Shown here one piece after another: positions 29,685-39,652 of a DNA stretch of 64,000 nt. The DNA lies in NCBI GenBank assembly GCA_018657765.1, contig JABHWM010000005.1:65138-129137 (forward strand), written 5' to 3'. The notes beneath the pieces were generated by a model. It did not search any database and was not told where the DNA came from. It saw only the letters and a program-made list of their open reading frames with translations. Both the position numbers and the translations under genes were made by a program. Origin of the DNA: Minisyncoccota bacterium. GTDB lineage: Bacteria; Patescibacteriota; Microgenomatia; UBA1400; PJMF01. The stretch's first letter is position 1, and every line of letters starts with the position of its first letter.

Positions 29685-31385
29685 ATGAATTTAATAAAAA
29701 ATTATCTTTGTAAAAAAATACCTTTTGTTAATAGGTCACTTAAGATCTTGAGGTTATTTATTTTTTTAATTTTGGTAGGACTTCCCTTTTTTGCTTTAAT
29801 AAAACCTTACTTTCATAGTGGAGTGCCATATACTCATGATGGAGAAAACCATTTGGCTAGATTTGCCAACTATAAAGTTGCTCTAAAAGAAGGCCAATTC
29901 CCACCACGCTTTGCACCTAATCTTAATAATCATTATGGCTATCCTGTTTTTAACTATAACTATCCACTAGCTAATATTTTATCTGTGCCGATGAGTGCTG
30001 TGGGAATTTCTTATGAAATAACCTTCAAGCTGTTAATGATTACGGCATTAGTAATAGGAGCCTTTGGCGTGTCAGCTTGGTTAAAAGCCTTGAATTTTAA
30101 AAACAGATCTATTCGTTTCCTGAGTATAGCGAGTTTACTATTAGCTCCATTTACAGTGAATCTTGTTTATGTCAGAGGAAGTATCGGAGAGATCTGGGCT
30201 TTGGCTTTATTCCCATGGCTATTATGGTTATCTCACGAGATTAAAGAAAAGAAGAAAGTAAGTTGGTTAGCAAGTATAACTATTTTAACGTCATTTCTAT
30301 TAGCTCATAATGTCTCTGTTTTATTTGGTGGAATAGTCTGGGGTATTTATACTTTAATTATCTTCCAAAAAGAAAAATCAGCTTGGAAATTATTACTTCA
30401 GAGAGGATCCATTTCTTTGGGAATGAGTTTATGGTTCTGGTTACCAGCAATGATGGAAAAAAACCAAATAATTCTAGATAATTCTGGTCTTTCCAATCAG
30501 TTTTCAAATCATTTTGTGGGACTTCTACAGCTCATTACAGCTCCTCTGAAGTTTGGTTATTCTTATACATCTCCAGTAGATACAATCAGTATGGCTGTTG
30601 GCCTAAGTGGATTTATAGCTTTGATTTTGGGAACAGTTATTCTTCTAAAAAGAAAAGTTGTTGTTTTAAAATCAAAACAAGCTTGGGTTTTATTAATTCT
30701 TTCTTGGATAATGTTTATTTTTCAAACCCAAATTACTGGGAATATTTGGCGAATAATTCCGTTAGTTCAATTTATTCAGTTTCCTTGGAGATTGAGTCTT
30801 TATTTTACTATCTTGATTTTACCGGTACTGGCAATGGTGATGAATTATCATTCTAGTTTCAAAAAAATATTAACAGCAGTCTTAATCATGCAGTTAATAG
30901 CGGTAATGAGATTTTCTCCGGCAGATTATTTCCATCGCAACACAATTGATTACGATTTATTTACTCAAAGCACTAGTACTGCTAATGAGAATCTACCAAA
31001 GACTTTTACATATAAAAACATTGCTGATTGGGCTCCAGAGCCTAGTGTTTTACAAGGTCAGGCTTCAATATCAGTGACTAGCTGGACTGGGAGTAAAAGA
31101 GCTTATTCTGTAGATGCTAGTGAACAAACACTGTTAGTAGAACCAACCATGTATTTCCTGGGTTGGGAGACATTAGCAAACCATAGCGAGGTTATCTATG
31201 CAGATATGAAAGAGACTGACGGTAGAATTGGATATTGGCTAGAACCTGGTGAGTATGAAATTGTTTCCCAATTTACTCAAAAAACTTGGCCTAGATTAGT
31301 GGGTAACAGTATTAGTGTGATCAGTGCAGCTATTGCTTCTTGGTTTATTGTTCATGAAATAGCAAAATTCAAGATAAAAAAATAA
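29685..31385 (+). CDS. multi-TM GT-C-like protein, YfhO / PTPS-related family, paralog 3
   Basis: THDGENHLARFANY..ALKEGQFPPRFAPNLN..YGYP, RGSIGEIW, QFPWRL, YFLGW. Confidence 0.8.
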   Translation: MNLIKNYLCKKIPFVNRSLKILRLFIFLILVGLPFFALIKPYFHSGVPYTHDGENHLARFANYKVALKEGQFPPRFAPNLNNHYGYPVFNYNYPLANILSVPMSAVGISYEITFKLLMITALVIGAFGVSAWLKALNFKNRSIRFLSIASLLLAPFTVNLVYVRGSIGEIWALALFPWLLWLSHEIKEKKKVSWLASITILTSFLLAHNVSVLFGGIVWGIYTLIIFQKEKSAWKLLLQRGSISLGMSLWFWLPAMMEKNQIILDNSGLSNQFSNHFVGLLQLITAPLKFGYSYTSPVDTISMAVGLSGFIALILGTVILLKRKVVVLKSKQAWVLLILSWIMFIFQTQITGNIWRIIPLVQFIQFPWRLSLYFTILILPVLAMVMNYHSSFKKILTAVLIMQLIAVMRFSPADYFHRNTIDYDLFTQSTSTANENLPKTFTYKNIADWAPEPSVLQGQASISVTSWTGSKRAYSVDASEQTLLVEPTMYFLGWETLANHSEVIYADMKETDGRIGYWLEPGEYEIVSQFTQKTWPRLVGNSISVISAAIASWFIVHEIAKFKIKK

Positions 31386-31387
31386 AA

Positions 31388-32614
31388 GTGAAAAATACTC
31401 CTTATAAAAAACTATTTTTTGTTACAGTAATTTGGCGATTTATTCTTTTATTAGTGGGGTATCTAGCTGATTCTTTTATTGTTTATGCCCCAAGCTTTCC
31501 TCATTACACAATAATGCTTGCCTCGATGAATTTACCTCGTTGGCTATATTCTTGGGGTAATTTTGATGGAGTTCATTACTTAACGATAGTTTCTGAAGGA
31601 TATTTTGGAACTGGTCTGATCCAAGCTTTCTTTCCTGTTTTTCCTGGATTAATAACTATTTTCAAGAAATTTTTTCAGATCACTGGTTTATCTTCAGTAA
31701 TACCAGGATTGTTTTTAGTAATGTTTTTTATATTCCAGCTAATAGTTGCTTATGGAGTAGTTTTATTATTATTTACTTTTGTCAAAGATTTATTAAGAAA
31801 AACTAATAAACAAGCTTGGTGGACAGTGATTGCATTTTTAAGTTTTCCTACAAGTTTATTTTTTGGAGCTTTATATAATGAAGGCCTTTTTCTATTACTA
31901 GTGCTAGGAAGTTTCTGGGCAGCACATCATAAAAAATGGTGGTTAGCTGGGGTACTAGGGATGATAATTTCTGCTACTAGAGTAGTTGGTCTGGCTATCT
32001 GGCCGGCTTTATTACTGGAGCTATGGCTTTCTGTAAATAAAATAAAAAAACTGACTGATCTACAAAAGAACATAAAAATTAAAAAACTTTTAGAATTTAT
32101 CAAAAAAGAATCGAGAAACATAACTGTAGTAAGTCTGACTTTACTAGGTCTTGGAAGTTATATGTTTTATCTGTGGAGAGTCTTTGGTGATCCATTGTAC
32201 TTCTTTCATCTTCAAAGTGAGTTCGGGGCGGGGAGACAAGAAGGAATTATTTTACTTCCTCAAGTTATTTGGAGATACATAAAAATCTTTATGACAGTCC
32301 CCCATGATTGGAAGTTTTTTAGCTTTATTCAAGAGTTTATATTTTCATTAGTTACTTTGGGATCATTATTAATTTTTTGGAAAAAAATAAGACCATCTCA
32401 CTTATTATTTTCTTTATTGGTTTTTATTCTACCTACTTTGACAGGAACCTTATCTAGTATGCCTAGATACATCTTGGTTTGTTTTCCTATATATTTTTTA
32501 CTAGGTGAGTTTTTGGAAAAAAATAAAATAATAAGGGGTTTTGCTCTCGCTTTGAGCTGGTTGTTGCTTATAATAAATACACTCTTGTTTATACAAGGTT
32601 ATTGGGTGGCTTAG
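31388..32614 (+). CDS. GT-C mannosyltransferase-like protein (PIG-V/Mannosyl_trans2 family)
   Basis: WGNFDGVHYL.I...GY...AFFP.FP, FPTS.FF.A.Y.E.LF, SATR..G, GDPL.F, SMPRY....FP. Confidence 0.82.
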   Translation: MKNTPYKKLFFVTVIWRFILLLVGYLADSFIVYAPSFPHYTIMLASMNLPRWLYSWGNFDGVHYLTIVSEGYFGTGLIQAFFPVFPGLITIFKKFFQITGLSSVIPGLFLVMFFIFQLIVAYGVVLLLFTFVKDLLRKTNKQAWWTVIAFLSFPTSLFFGALYNEGLFLLLVLGSFWAAHHKKWWLAGVLGMIISATRVVGLAIWPALLLELWLSVNKIKKLTDLQKNIKIKKLLEFIKKESRNITVVSLTLLGLGSYMFYLWRVFGDPLYFFHLQSEFGAGRQEGIILLPQVIWRYIKIFMTVPHDWKFFSFIQEFIFSLVTLGSLLIFWKKIRPSHLLFSLLVFILPTLTGTLSSMPRYILVCFPIYFLLGEFLEKNKIIRGFALALSWLLLIINTLLFIQGYWVA

Positions 32615-32659
32615 TTTCTTTGATGATAAAAGCTCAATAAAAAAAATGAAAGGTTACTT

Positions 32660-33577
32660 ATGAAGATTTTAATTACTGGAGGTGCAGGATTTATTGCTTC
32701 TCATGTAGCAGACGCTTATGTTGCAAATGGTCATGAGGTAGTTATCGTAGATAATCTTTCTACTGGTAAAACAAAATTTGTTCCAGAAAAAGCTAAGTTT
32801 ATCGAGGCAGATATTACAGACAAAGAAACTATCCAAAGAATCATCCGTGAAGAAAAACCAGAGGTAATTAATCACCATGCTGCTCATATTCAGGTAGGTT
32901 ACTCTGTAGAAAATCCTCAATTTGATGCAGAAAACAATATTATTGGTATCTTGAATATCATGGAAGCTGCCAAAGATATCGGTGTAAAAAAAGTAATCAT
33001 GGCCGCTACTGGTGGGGCTATGTATGGTAATAAACAAACGCCTTTTGATGAGACTATGAAAGAACAACCTTTGTCTCCTTATGGTATCTCCAAGAGAGCT
33101 GGAGAGTTATATCTCAATTATTATCATGAACTATATAATATTCCTTTTGTTTCTCTGAGATACTCTAATGTCTATGGCCCACGTCAAAATGCTCATGGAG
33201 AATCTGGAGTAGTAGCTATTTTTTCTGAAATGATCATGGCTGGTAAAACACCACTAATTAATGGTGATGGTACTCATACTAGAGATTATGTTTATGTCGG
33301 TGATGTGGTAAAAGCTAATTTATTAGCTTTAGAGACAGAATTTGTTGGAGAACTGAATATCGGTACAACTACAGAGATAAGTACTAATGAAGTCTTCGAT
33401 ATAGTAGTGACAGAACTTGGATCAGATATAAAGAAAGAATATGGCCCAGCAAGACCTGGAGAACAAGTTACTAGCTCTTTGAGTTACCAAAAAGCCAAAG
33501 AAGTCTTGGGATGGGAACCAGAGATGAGTTTTCCTGAAGGCGTTAAAAAAGTAGCTGCCTGGTATAAGGAGCAGTAA
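32660..33577 (+). CDS. NAD-dependent nucleotide-sugar 4-epimerase (UDP-Glc/GlcNAc 4-epimerase-like)
   Basis: TGGAGFIASH, HHAA, SPYGISK, LRYSNVYGPRQ, TRDYVYV.DV. Confidence 0.9.
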   Translation: MKILITGGAGFIASHVADAYVANGHEVVIVDNLSTGKTKFVPEKAKFIEADITDKETIQRIIREEKPEVINHHAAHIQVGYSVENPQFDAENNIIGILNIMEAAKDIGVKKVIMAATGGAMYGNKQTPFDETMKEQPLSPYGISKRAGELYLNYYHELYNIPFVSLRYSNVYGPRQNAHGESGVVAIFSEMIMAGKTPLINGDGTHTRDYVYVGDVVKANLLALETEFVGELNIGTTTEISTNEVFDIVVTELGSDIKKEYGPARPGEQVTSSLSYQKAKEVLGWEPEMSFPEGVKKVAAWYKEQ

Positions 33578-33580
33578 AGC

Positions 33581-34276
33581 TTGAAAAAAAAGCACTCTCA
33601 AGTTAAAGATATTTTTTCAGAGACCTGGATTGTTATACCTGGATATAACGAGGCCAAATATATCTCTTCTGTGCTCAAAAAAGTCACCAAGAAAACAAAA
33701 AATATTATTTATGTAGATGATGGATCTGCAGATAACTCTACTGAGATTGCCAAGAAATTCCCGATTCATGTCTTGAGACATGAGATAAATCTCGGTAAAG
33801 GTGCCGCTCTACAAACAGGCTGTGATTATGCTTTTTATAATATGAAGGCCAAGGCCGTGATTATGATGGATGGAGATGATCAACATGATGCAGAAGAGAT
33901 TCCTCTTTTCCGTAAGCGACTCGAAGAAGGAAGCTCCTTAGTTTTGGGGGCCAGATCTCTTTTTAGCTCTATGCCTTTGGTAAGAAAAATAGGTAATGGA
34001 TTTGTCTCTGGGGTAGTAATGCTGCTTTTTGGAAGATATATTCCAGATATTTTATCTGGATATAAGGCTTTTACTGCAGAAGTTTATGAAAAAATAAAAT
34101 GGTCAGCTAATGACTATAGTGTAGAGCTGGAAATTGCAGCTAATATAGCCAAGAAAAGGCTAGGATTTTCTCTTGTTTCTATAGAGACTATTTACCATGA
34201 TATGGATCGCGGAATGAATGTGTTAGACTCTGTTAAAGTAGTAGGGAAGATTTTATCTTTAAGATTGGGAATATGA
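33581..34276 (+). CDS. GT2 polyprenyl-phosphate sugar synthase (DPM1/PpgS/GacI-like)
   Basis: IPGYNE, VDDGS.D, NLGKGAAL, MDGDDQH, GAR, D..SGYKA. Confidence 0.88.
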   Translation: MKKKHSQVKDIFSETWIVIPGYNEAKYISSVLKKVTKKTKNIIYVDDGSADNSTEIAKKFPIHVLRHEINLGKGAALQTGCDYAFYNMKAKAVIMMDGDDQHDAEEIPLFRKRLEEGSSLVLGARSLFSSMPLVRKIGNGFVSGVVMLLFGRYIPDILSGYKAFTAEVYEKIKWSANDYSVELEIAANIAKKRLGFSLVSIETIYHDMDRGMNVLDSVKVVGKILSLRLGI

Positions 34277-34611
34277 GTATTTTTCAGATTATAGCTACGT
34301 TTTTTGCTTTGTTCATGCTTTATGTAACAAGAATTCATAAAAAACAATTAAATTTTTCTCTCAGTGAAACATTTTTCTGGTATTCTTTATGGACTTTATT
34401 TATTGTAATAGCTTTATTTCCAGATCTATTAATAGGTTTTACTCAGTTATTGCATTTTTCTAGAGTATTTGATTTATTAACTGTTGGAGCTCTGATGGTC
34501 ATCACTGTAATCGTGATTCTGAATAACTTCAATCAACGTAGAGATAGTCAAAGAATAGAAAAATTTGTTCGTGAGCATGCTATAAAAAATGCTAGTAAGA
34601 AATCTCGTTAA
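34273..34611 (+). CDS. DUF2304-family small membrane protein (GacJ/Rv3632-like)
   Basis: 112 aa, 3 TMs, W...W, FP, R..DL and a C-terminal IEKFVREHAI helix; directly downstream of the DPM1-like GT2. Confidence 0.78.
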   Translation: MSIFQIIATFFALFMLYVTRIHKKQLNFSLSETFFWYSLWTLFIVIALFPDLLIGFTQLLHFSRVFDLLTVGALMVITVIVILNNFNQRRDSQRIEKFVREHAIKNASKKSR

Positions 34612-34632
34612 ATTTTATAAGGATTTTATCCA

Positions 34633-35427
34633 ATGGAGTTTGTGATTGTTACCCCATCATACAATCAGAAGAAGTTTCTAAAACAAACTTTACAAAGTAT
34701 TGTTGATCAAAAAAACGTGATAGTTCATCACTGGGTTTTTGATGGTGGTTCTGATGATGGTAGTAAGCAACTTTTACAAAATCATAAAAAAAATATTTAT
34801 TTTGAATCAAAAAAAGACAATGGACAGTCTGATGCTATAAACAAGGGTATTAGAAAACTTAAAAACTGGATCAAAAAAGAAAATAAAAATCCTAACGAAA
34901 TAATTTTTGCTTATCTCAATTCTGATGATTATTATTTACCCAATGCTCTAAGTACTCTTCAAAAGACATTTCAAGAAAACAAAAATACAAAATGGGTGGT
35001 TGGTGACTGCATGATAGTGAATGAAGAAAATAAAGAAATTCAAAAACCAATTAGAATTTATAAGCAATTTTGGCGATTTTTTCTTTCCAAAAGAGTTTTG
35101 GGTGTCTTAAACCCAGTTCCCCAGCCTGGTGTTTTTATCAAAGCTTCTGAAATCCTCAAAATCGGTTTTTTCAATGAGGGTCTGAACTATGTTATGGATT
35201 ATGAGTACTGGTTTAGAATTATTAATAAAATAGGTGCCCCAGAAATTATTTCTGATACTGTAGCTGCTTTTAGAATTCATAAACAATCCAAAGGGACTGG
35301 TGGGTTTGAAGATCAATTTGAAGAACAATTAAAAATAGCAAAGAAGTTTATAAAAAATCCTTTGATTCTCAAACTTCATAAGTTACATAATGCTTTGATT
35401 GTCAATTGTTATAGAATAGTAAAATAG
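34633..35427 (+). CDS. GT2 glycosyltransferase (WfgS-like)
   Basis: IVTPSYNQ, DGGSDDGS, D.GQSDAINKG, YLNSDD, MDYEYW.R, FRIH..SK. Confidence 0.9.
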   Translation: MEFVIVTPSYNQKKFLKQTLQSIVDQKNVIVHHWVFDGGSDDGSKQLLQNHKKNIYFESKKDNGQSDAINKGIRKLKNWIKKENKNPNEIIFAYLNSDDYYLPNALSTLQKTFQENKNTKWVVGDCMIVNEENKEIQKPIRIYKQFWRFFLSKRVLGVLNPVPQPGVFIKASEILKIGFFNEGLNYVMDYEYWFRIINKIGAPEIISDTVAAFRIHKQSKGTGGFEDQFEEQLKIAKKFIKNPLILKLHKLHNALIVNCYRIVK

Positions 35428-36375
35428 ATGAATAAAACTACCCAACAAAAAGCTGAGCTTTCACTTGTTTTTCCAATTTTCAATGAAGAAAAGATCATTC
35501 CACTATTAAATAAAGAAATAAATAAATTTGTAAAAAAATTACCATCAAAAACAGAACTTATTTTTGTTAATGATGGTAGTACTGATAAAACTCATGATCA
35601 ATTGAAAAAAATAAAAACTAAGTATCCATTCAAAATAATTAATTTTTCAAGAAATTTTGGTCATCAGGCAGCTTTGCTTGCAGGGCTACAAGAAAGTAGT
35701 GGTGAATATGTTGTTACCCTAGATGCAGATTTACAACACCCTTTGAATATAATTCCCGAGATGCTGAAGCTTCATAAGCAAGGATACGATGTTGTTCTTA
35801 CTCAGAGGATAGATGAAAAAACTATTAATAAAAGCAAACAGTTTTTTACTAAATTATTCTACAAATTTATAAATATTCTTTCTGATACAAAAGTATTAGA
35901 GAATGGATCTGATTTTCGTTCTCTGAATAGAAAAGCTCTTACAGCTCTTCTTTCTTTACCAGAACAAAGAAAATTTCTAAGGGGCATGATTCAATGGATT
36001 GGTTACAAAACGATTATTATTCCTTTTCAAGCTAAGAAAAGAGTTGAAGGAGTAAGTAAATATAGTCTGAGCAAGATGACTAATCTAGCTTTACATGGTC
36101 TTACTTCCTCTAGTACTAAGCCACTTTATTTATCTGGAATATTTAGCATAATCTTATTTATACTGGCTTTAATATATGCGATATATGTTCTTTATGTGCG
36201 TTTTTGGGGTACTGGGATAGTGGATGGCTGGGCTAGTGTTTTGTTTGTAGTGTTGATTATAGGTGGGTTTCTTTCTCTTTTCTTGGGATTGATCGGTGCT
36301 TATATTGCAGCTATTTATGATGAGACAAAGAATAGACCTGGGTTTTTTGTTAGCTCAACTTGGAATTCAAAATGA
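35428..36375 (+). CDS. GT2 bactoprenol glycosyltransferase (GtrB/ArnC-like)
   Basis: P.FNEE, VNDGSTD, FSRNFGHQAAL.AG, LDADLQHP, DFR, FLRG...W.GY, two C-terminal TMs, GAYIA.IY.E.K.RP. Confidence 0.92.
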   Translation: MNKTTQQKAELSLVFPIFNEEKIIPLLNKEINKFVKKLPSKTELIFVNDGSTDKTHDQLKKIKTKYPFKIINFSRNFGHQAALLAGLQESSGEYVVTLDADLQHPLNIIPEMLKLHKQGYDVVLTQRIDEKTINKSKQFFTKLFYKFINILSDTKVLENGSDFRSLNRKALTALLSLPEQRKFLRGMIQWIGYKTIIIPFQAKKRVEGVSKYSLSKMTNLALHGLTSSSTKPLYLSGIFSIILFILALIYAIYVLYVRFWGTGIVDGWASVLFVVLIIGGFLSLFLGLIGAYIAAIYDETKNRPGFFVSSTWNSK

Positions 36376-37853
36376 GTTGGTTAAAAAAGTTTTTTTCTAA
36401 ACCAATAGTTTGGTTTTTAATAATATCTTTTTTCTATTTATCTCCCAATTTATTAAGCCCTCATTTTTCTTACATAGATGATGGGCAAAGTTTACTAAAT
36501 GCAAAAACCGCTTTGGCTAGCAATAACCTTAATCTTTGGAAAAATATTTTATTTGAATCAAATATCGGAAGAATAAGACCATTTTATCAACTTTATTTTA
36601 TTGTTTTATATCTAATTGGAGGAGTTAATCCTCTTGTCTTTTGGCTTGGGCAAATGACTATTTTGGCTTTTACTCTCTATGGAATATGGATATTTTTAAC
36701 TAGTTTTACAGAATTAAAGAAAAAACTTAGTTTTATATTACTTACTCTATTTTTATTTTTTCCTGCAACCATTGATAATTTTTATAGATTGGGAACAGCA
36801 GAACCAAGGCAAATCCTAGGGATAATTTGGTTTTTAGTTTGGCTAAAAAAATTAAAACTTAATAAATTGAAGATTAAAGATTATTTCTTGGGTCATTTAT
36901 TATTAGCTTTTACTCTAGGAACTAAAGAAACATCACTTCTTTTATTTCCTATGATTGGATTTTTTTTTCTTATTAGTTTTTTAGTTGAAAATAAAAAGAA
37001 AATCAAGAGAAATATATTATTTTTAAGTTCATCTTTATTTTTACAAGGGATTATTTTTTATTTACTGATGCCCAAAAATCAAGGATATGGATCATCTATG
37101 ACTATCTCTATTCCAAGGTTATGGAATAGTTTATTAGTGACACGTTTGGAGCTAGCTGAGTTCTACTTACCATTATTAGCTGTTATTTTACTAACTATCG
37201 TTCGATTAAGTTCTATTTTTAATATTAAAAAATTATTTTCAATTTTAAAGAAGTTCCTCTGGCCAGGTGTATTATTACTTGGCTTTACTGAATCTTTATT
37301 TTTTGTTTGGAGTTGGCAATATCAGCTAGAGAGATATCATTATTTACCATTATTTTTTGGATTGCTCTATAGCTGTTATGAAATTAGTCAGTGGGATAAA
37401 CAGCTATTTAATAAACTAAAAAAACAATTATTTATTTTTGTTTTTATTCCTCTTTTATTACTATTTATTAGTTTTTTTCAAATGAGAGGTCTTAATTGGA
37501 AAGCTGTTTTTGAAAGATCTTATAAATACTATTCTTTTCACTACACTACATACCAAACAGCAGGGAAATTAATTGATTTTCTATATAAAGAGTTACCAGA
37601 AAATACAAGTGTCTATATAGATCATGGTGATTATGAAAAAATAGCTGATTTGGGATATTTTGCCTCTGATTTTGGTGATAGAAAAATCACTATTTTTAGT
37701 AATAACAAAAAAATAAATAATAAGTATCCCAAAATGCATTTTTATAGATCAAATTTACAGGATGCTTATAATCAAGATGAAGACAGAAAAGTTATAATCT
37801 TATTTGATTCATCTCCAGATAGATATTTTGAGAAAACAATCAAGAATTTCTGA
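36372..37853 (+). CDS. multi-TM membrane protein, probable GT-C (cognate of GtrB)
   Basis: DD motif after TM1, GR.RP, TKE; about 11 TMs; follows the GtrB-like gene with an ATGA overlap. Confidence 0.6.
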   Translation: MSWLKKFFSKPIVWFLIISFFYLSPNLLSPHFSYIDDGQSLLNAKTALASNNLNLWKNILFESNIGRIRPFYQLYFIVLYLIGGVNPLVFWLGQMTILAFTLYGIWIFLTSFTELKKKLSFILLTLFLFFPATIDNFYRLGTAEPRQILGIIWFLVWLKKLKLNKLKIKDYFLGHLLLAFTLGTKETSLLLFPMIGFFFLISFLVENKKKIKRNILFLSSSLFLQGIIFYLLMPKNQGYGSSMTISIPRLWNSLLVTRLELAEFYLPLLAVILLTIVRLSSIFNIKKLFSILKKFLWPGVLLLGFTESLFFVWSWQYQLERYHYLPLFFGLLYSCYEISQWDKQLFNKLKKQLFIFVFIPLLLLFISFFQMRGLNWKAVFERSYKYYSFHYTTYQTAGKLIDFLYKELPENTSVYIDHGDYEKIADLGYFASDFGDRKITIFSNNKKINNKYPKMHFYRSNLQDAYNQDEDRKVIILFDSSPDRYFEKTIKNF

Positions 37854-37877
37854 GTAAAATAAGGTATAAAGGGGTAT

Positions 37878-38813
37878 ATGAAAAAGGCCTTTTGGAAAAA
37901 TAAAACAGTGCTCGTTACTGGAGGGGCTGGGTTTTTGGGTTCTCACTTAGTAGACCTAATTAAAACAATGAATCCTAAAAAAATAATAGTTCCTCGATCT
38001 AAGGATTATGATCTAAGAGAAAAAGCTGTCTGTGCCAAGTTAGTAAAGAATATAGATGTAGTAATTCATCTAGCTGCTAATGTCGGAGGTATTGGTTATA
38101 ACCAAGAATATCCAGGTACGCTTTTCTATGACAACTTGATGATGGGTATTCATCTAATGGAAGAAGCTAGAAAAGCCAAAGTCAAGAAATTTGTGGGTAT
38201 AGGAACAATTTGTGCTTATCCCAAATTCACCCCAATCCCATTCAAAGAAGAGAATTTATGGAATGGTTATCCAGAAGAAACCAATGCTCCTTATGGTCTG
38301 GCCAAGAAAATGCTATTAGTTCAAGCACAAGCGTATAGAGATGAATATAATTTTAATGCTATTTATTTATTACCAGTCAATCTTTATGGCCCAGGTGATA
38401 ATTTTGACCCAAAGTCTTCTCATGTAATCCCAGCTTTGATAAAAAAGTTTGTAGATGCAAAAAATAAAAAGAAGCCTAGCGTAGAGATCTGGGGGACTGG
38501 TAAACCCACTAGAGAGTTTTTATACGTAGAGGATGCTGCTAAGGCCATTATTTTGGCTACAGAGAGCTATAACTCTACAGAACCAGTTAATTTAGGATCT
38601 AGCTTTGAAATATCTATCAGAGACCTTGCTCAGACTATTAAGAAAGTAGTGGGATATAAAGGCAAAGTAGTCTTTAATACAGATAAGCCAGATGGTCAGC
38701 CAAGAAGGAAGCTAAGTGTTTCTAGAGCAAAGAAAGAGTTTGGGTTTGAATCAGAGACTTCTTTTGAAGATGGTTTGAAAAAGACTGCAGAGTGGTATCA
38801 AGCACAAAAATAA
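37878..38813 (+). CDS. fcl: GDP-L-fucose synthase family epimerase/reductase
   Basis: TGGAGFLGS, HLAANVGGI, GTICAYPK, PYGLAKK, PVNLYGPGDNF...SHVIPALI, WGTG.PTREFLYV.D, DGQPRR. Confidence 0.88.
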   Translation: MKKAFWKNKTVLVTGGAGFLGSHLVDLIKTMNPKKIIVPRSKDYDLREKAVCAKLVKNIDVVIHLAANVGGIGYNQEYPGTLFYDNLMMGIHLMEEARKAKVKKFVGIGTICAYPKFTPIPFKEENLWNGYPEETNAPYGLAKKMLLVQAQAYRDEYNFNAIYLLPVNLYGPGDNFDPKSSHVIPALIKKFVDAKNKKKPSVEIWGTGKPTREFLYVEDAAKAIILATESYNSTEPVNLGSSFEISIRDLAQTIKKVVGYKGKVVFNTDKPDGQPRRKLSVSRAKKEFGFESETSFEDGLKKTAEWYQAQK

Positions 38814-38822
38814 GTTTACTCC

Positions 38823-39611
38823 ATGGTAAAAAAAGCTAAACCGTTTTTCTCTATTATTACTTGTACTAGAAATAGTGAGAAATTTATTTCACAAAACTTA
38901 TCTTCTATGAAGAATCAGACATTTAATGATTTTGAACATGTTTTTGTTGATGGAGAATCAACTGATGACACCGTTAAATTACTCAAAGAATATAAGAAAG
39001 ATAATCCTAAATTAAACATAAGAATATTATCCAAAAAACCTCAGGGTATTTCTAATGCTATGAATGAAGGAATTAAAAAATCCCGAGGGAAGTACATCTT
39101 TATTCTTCATAGTGATGATAGTTTTTATAATAATAGTATTTTAGAGAATAGTGCTAAATATCTTTTGAAAAATTTAGATTTGGATTGGATTTATGGAAAA
39201 ATCAGAGTGATCGATGAAAAAAGTAATGAGGTTGGTCATTTTCCAACTAAACGAATATTTCAAAAATCATGGAAATATTTATTGAAATTTATTAACTACA
39301 TTCCTCATCAGGCTGTTTTTACGAAGAAAGAAGTATTTGATGAGCATGGATTATTTGAAGAAAAATACAAATCGGCCATGGATCAAGAGCTGTGGTTGAG
39401 AATAAACTATAAAACAAAGTGGTCTTTTATTGATGCAACTATAGCTAATTATCGCATACACAAAAATGCACAGTCATCTGGTAAAGCTAATTATAAAAAG
39501 AATTTAGAAGAATATTATGGAATTCAAAGAAAATACTTAGTACTTTGGGAAAAACCGATATCTTTGTTGATAAATTATGTGGTTGAAAAAATGAATAAGA
39601 CAGTTAGATAA
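38823..39611 (+). CDS. GT2 glycosyltransferase (WfgS-like)
   Basis: FSIITCT.NSE, DG.STD.T, GISNAMNEG, LHSDD, PHQA.F, AMD.ELWLR. Confidence 0.9.
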   Translation: MVKKAKPFFSIITCTRNSEKFISQNLSSMKNQTFNDFEHVFVDGESTDDTVKLLKEYKKDNPKLNIRILSKKPQGISNAMNEGIKKSRGKYIFILHSDDSFYNNSILENSAKYLLKNLDLDWIYGKIRVIDEKSNEVGHFPTKRIFQKSWKYLLKFINYIPHQAVFTKKEVFDEHGLFEEKYKSAMDQELWLRINYKTKWSFIDATIANYRIHKNAQSSGKANYKKNLEEYYGIQRKYLVLWEKPISLLINYVVEKMNKTVR

Positions 39612-39652
39612 AAGCAAAATAAAAGATATAATAGAAAAACAATTTTCAACTT

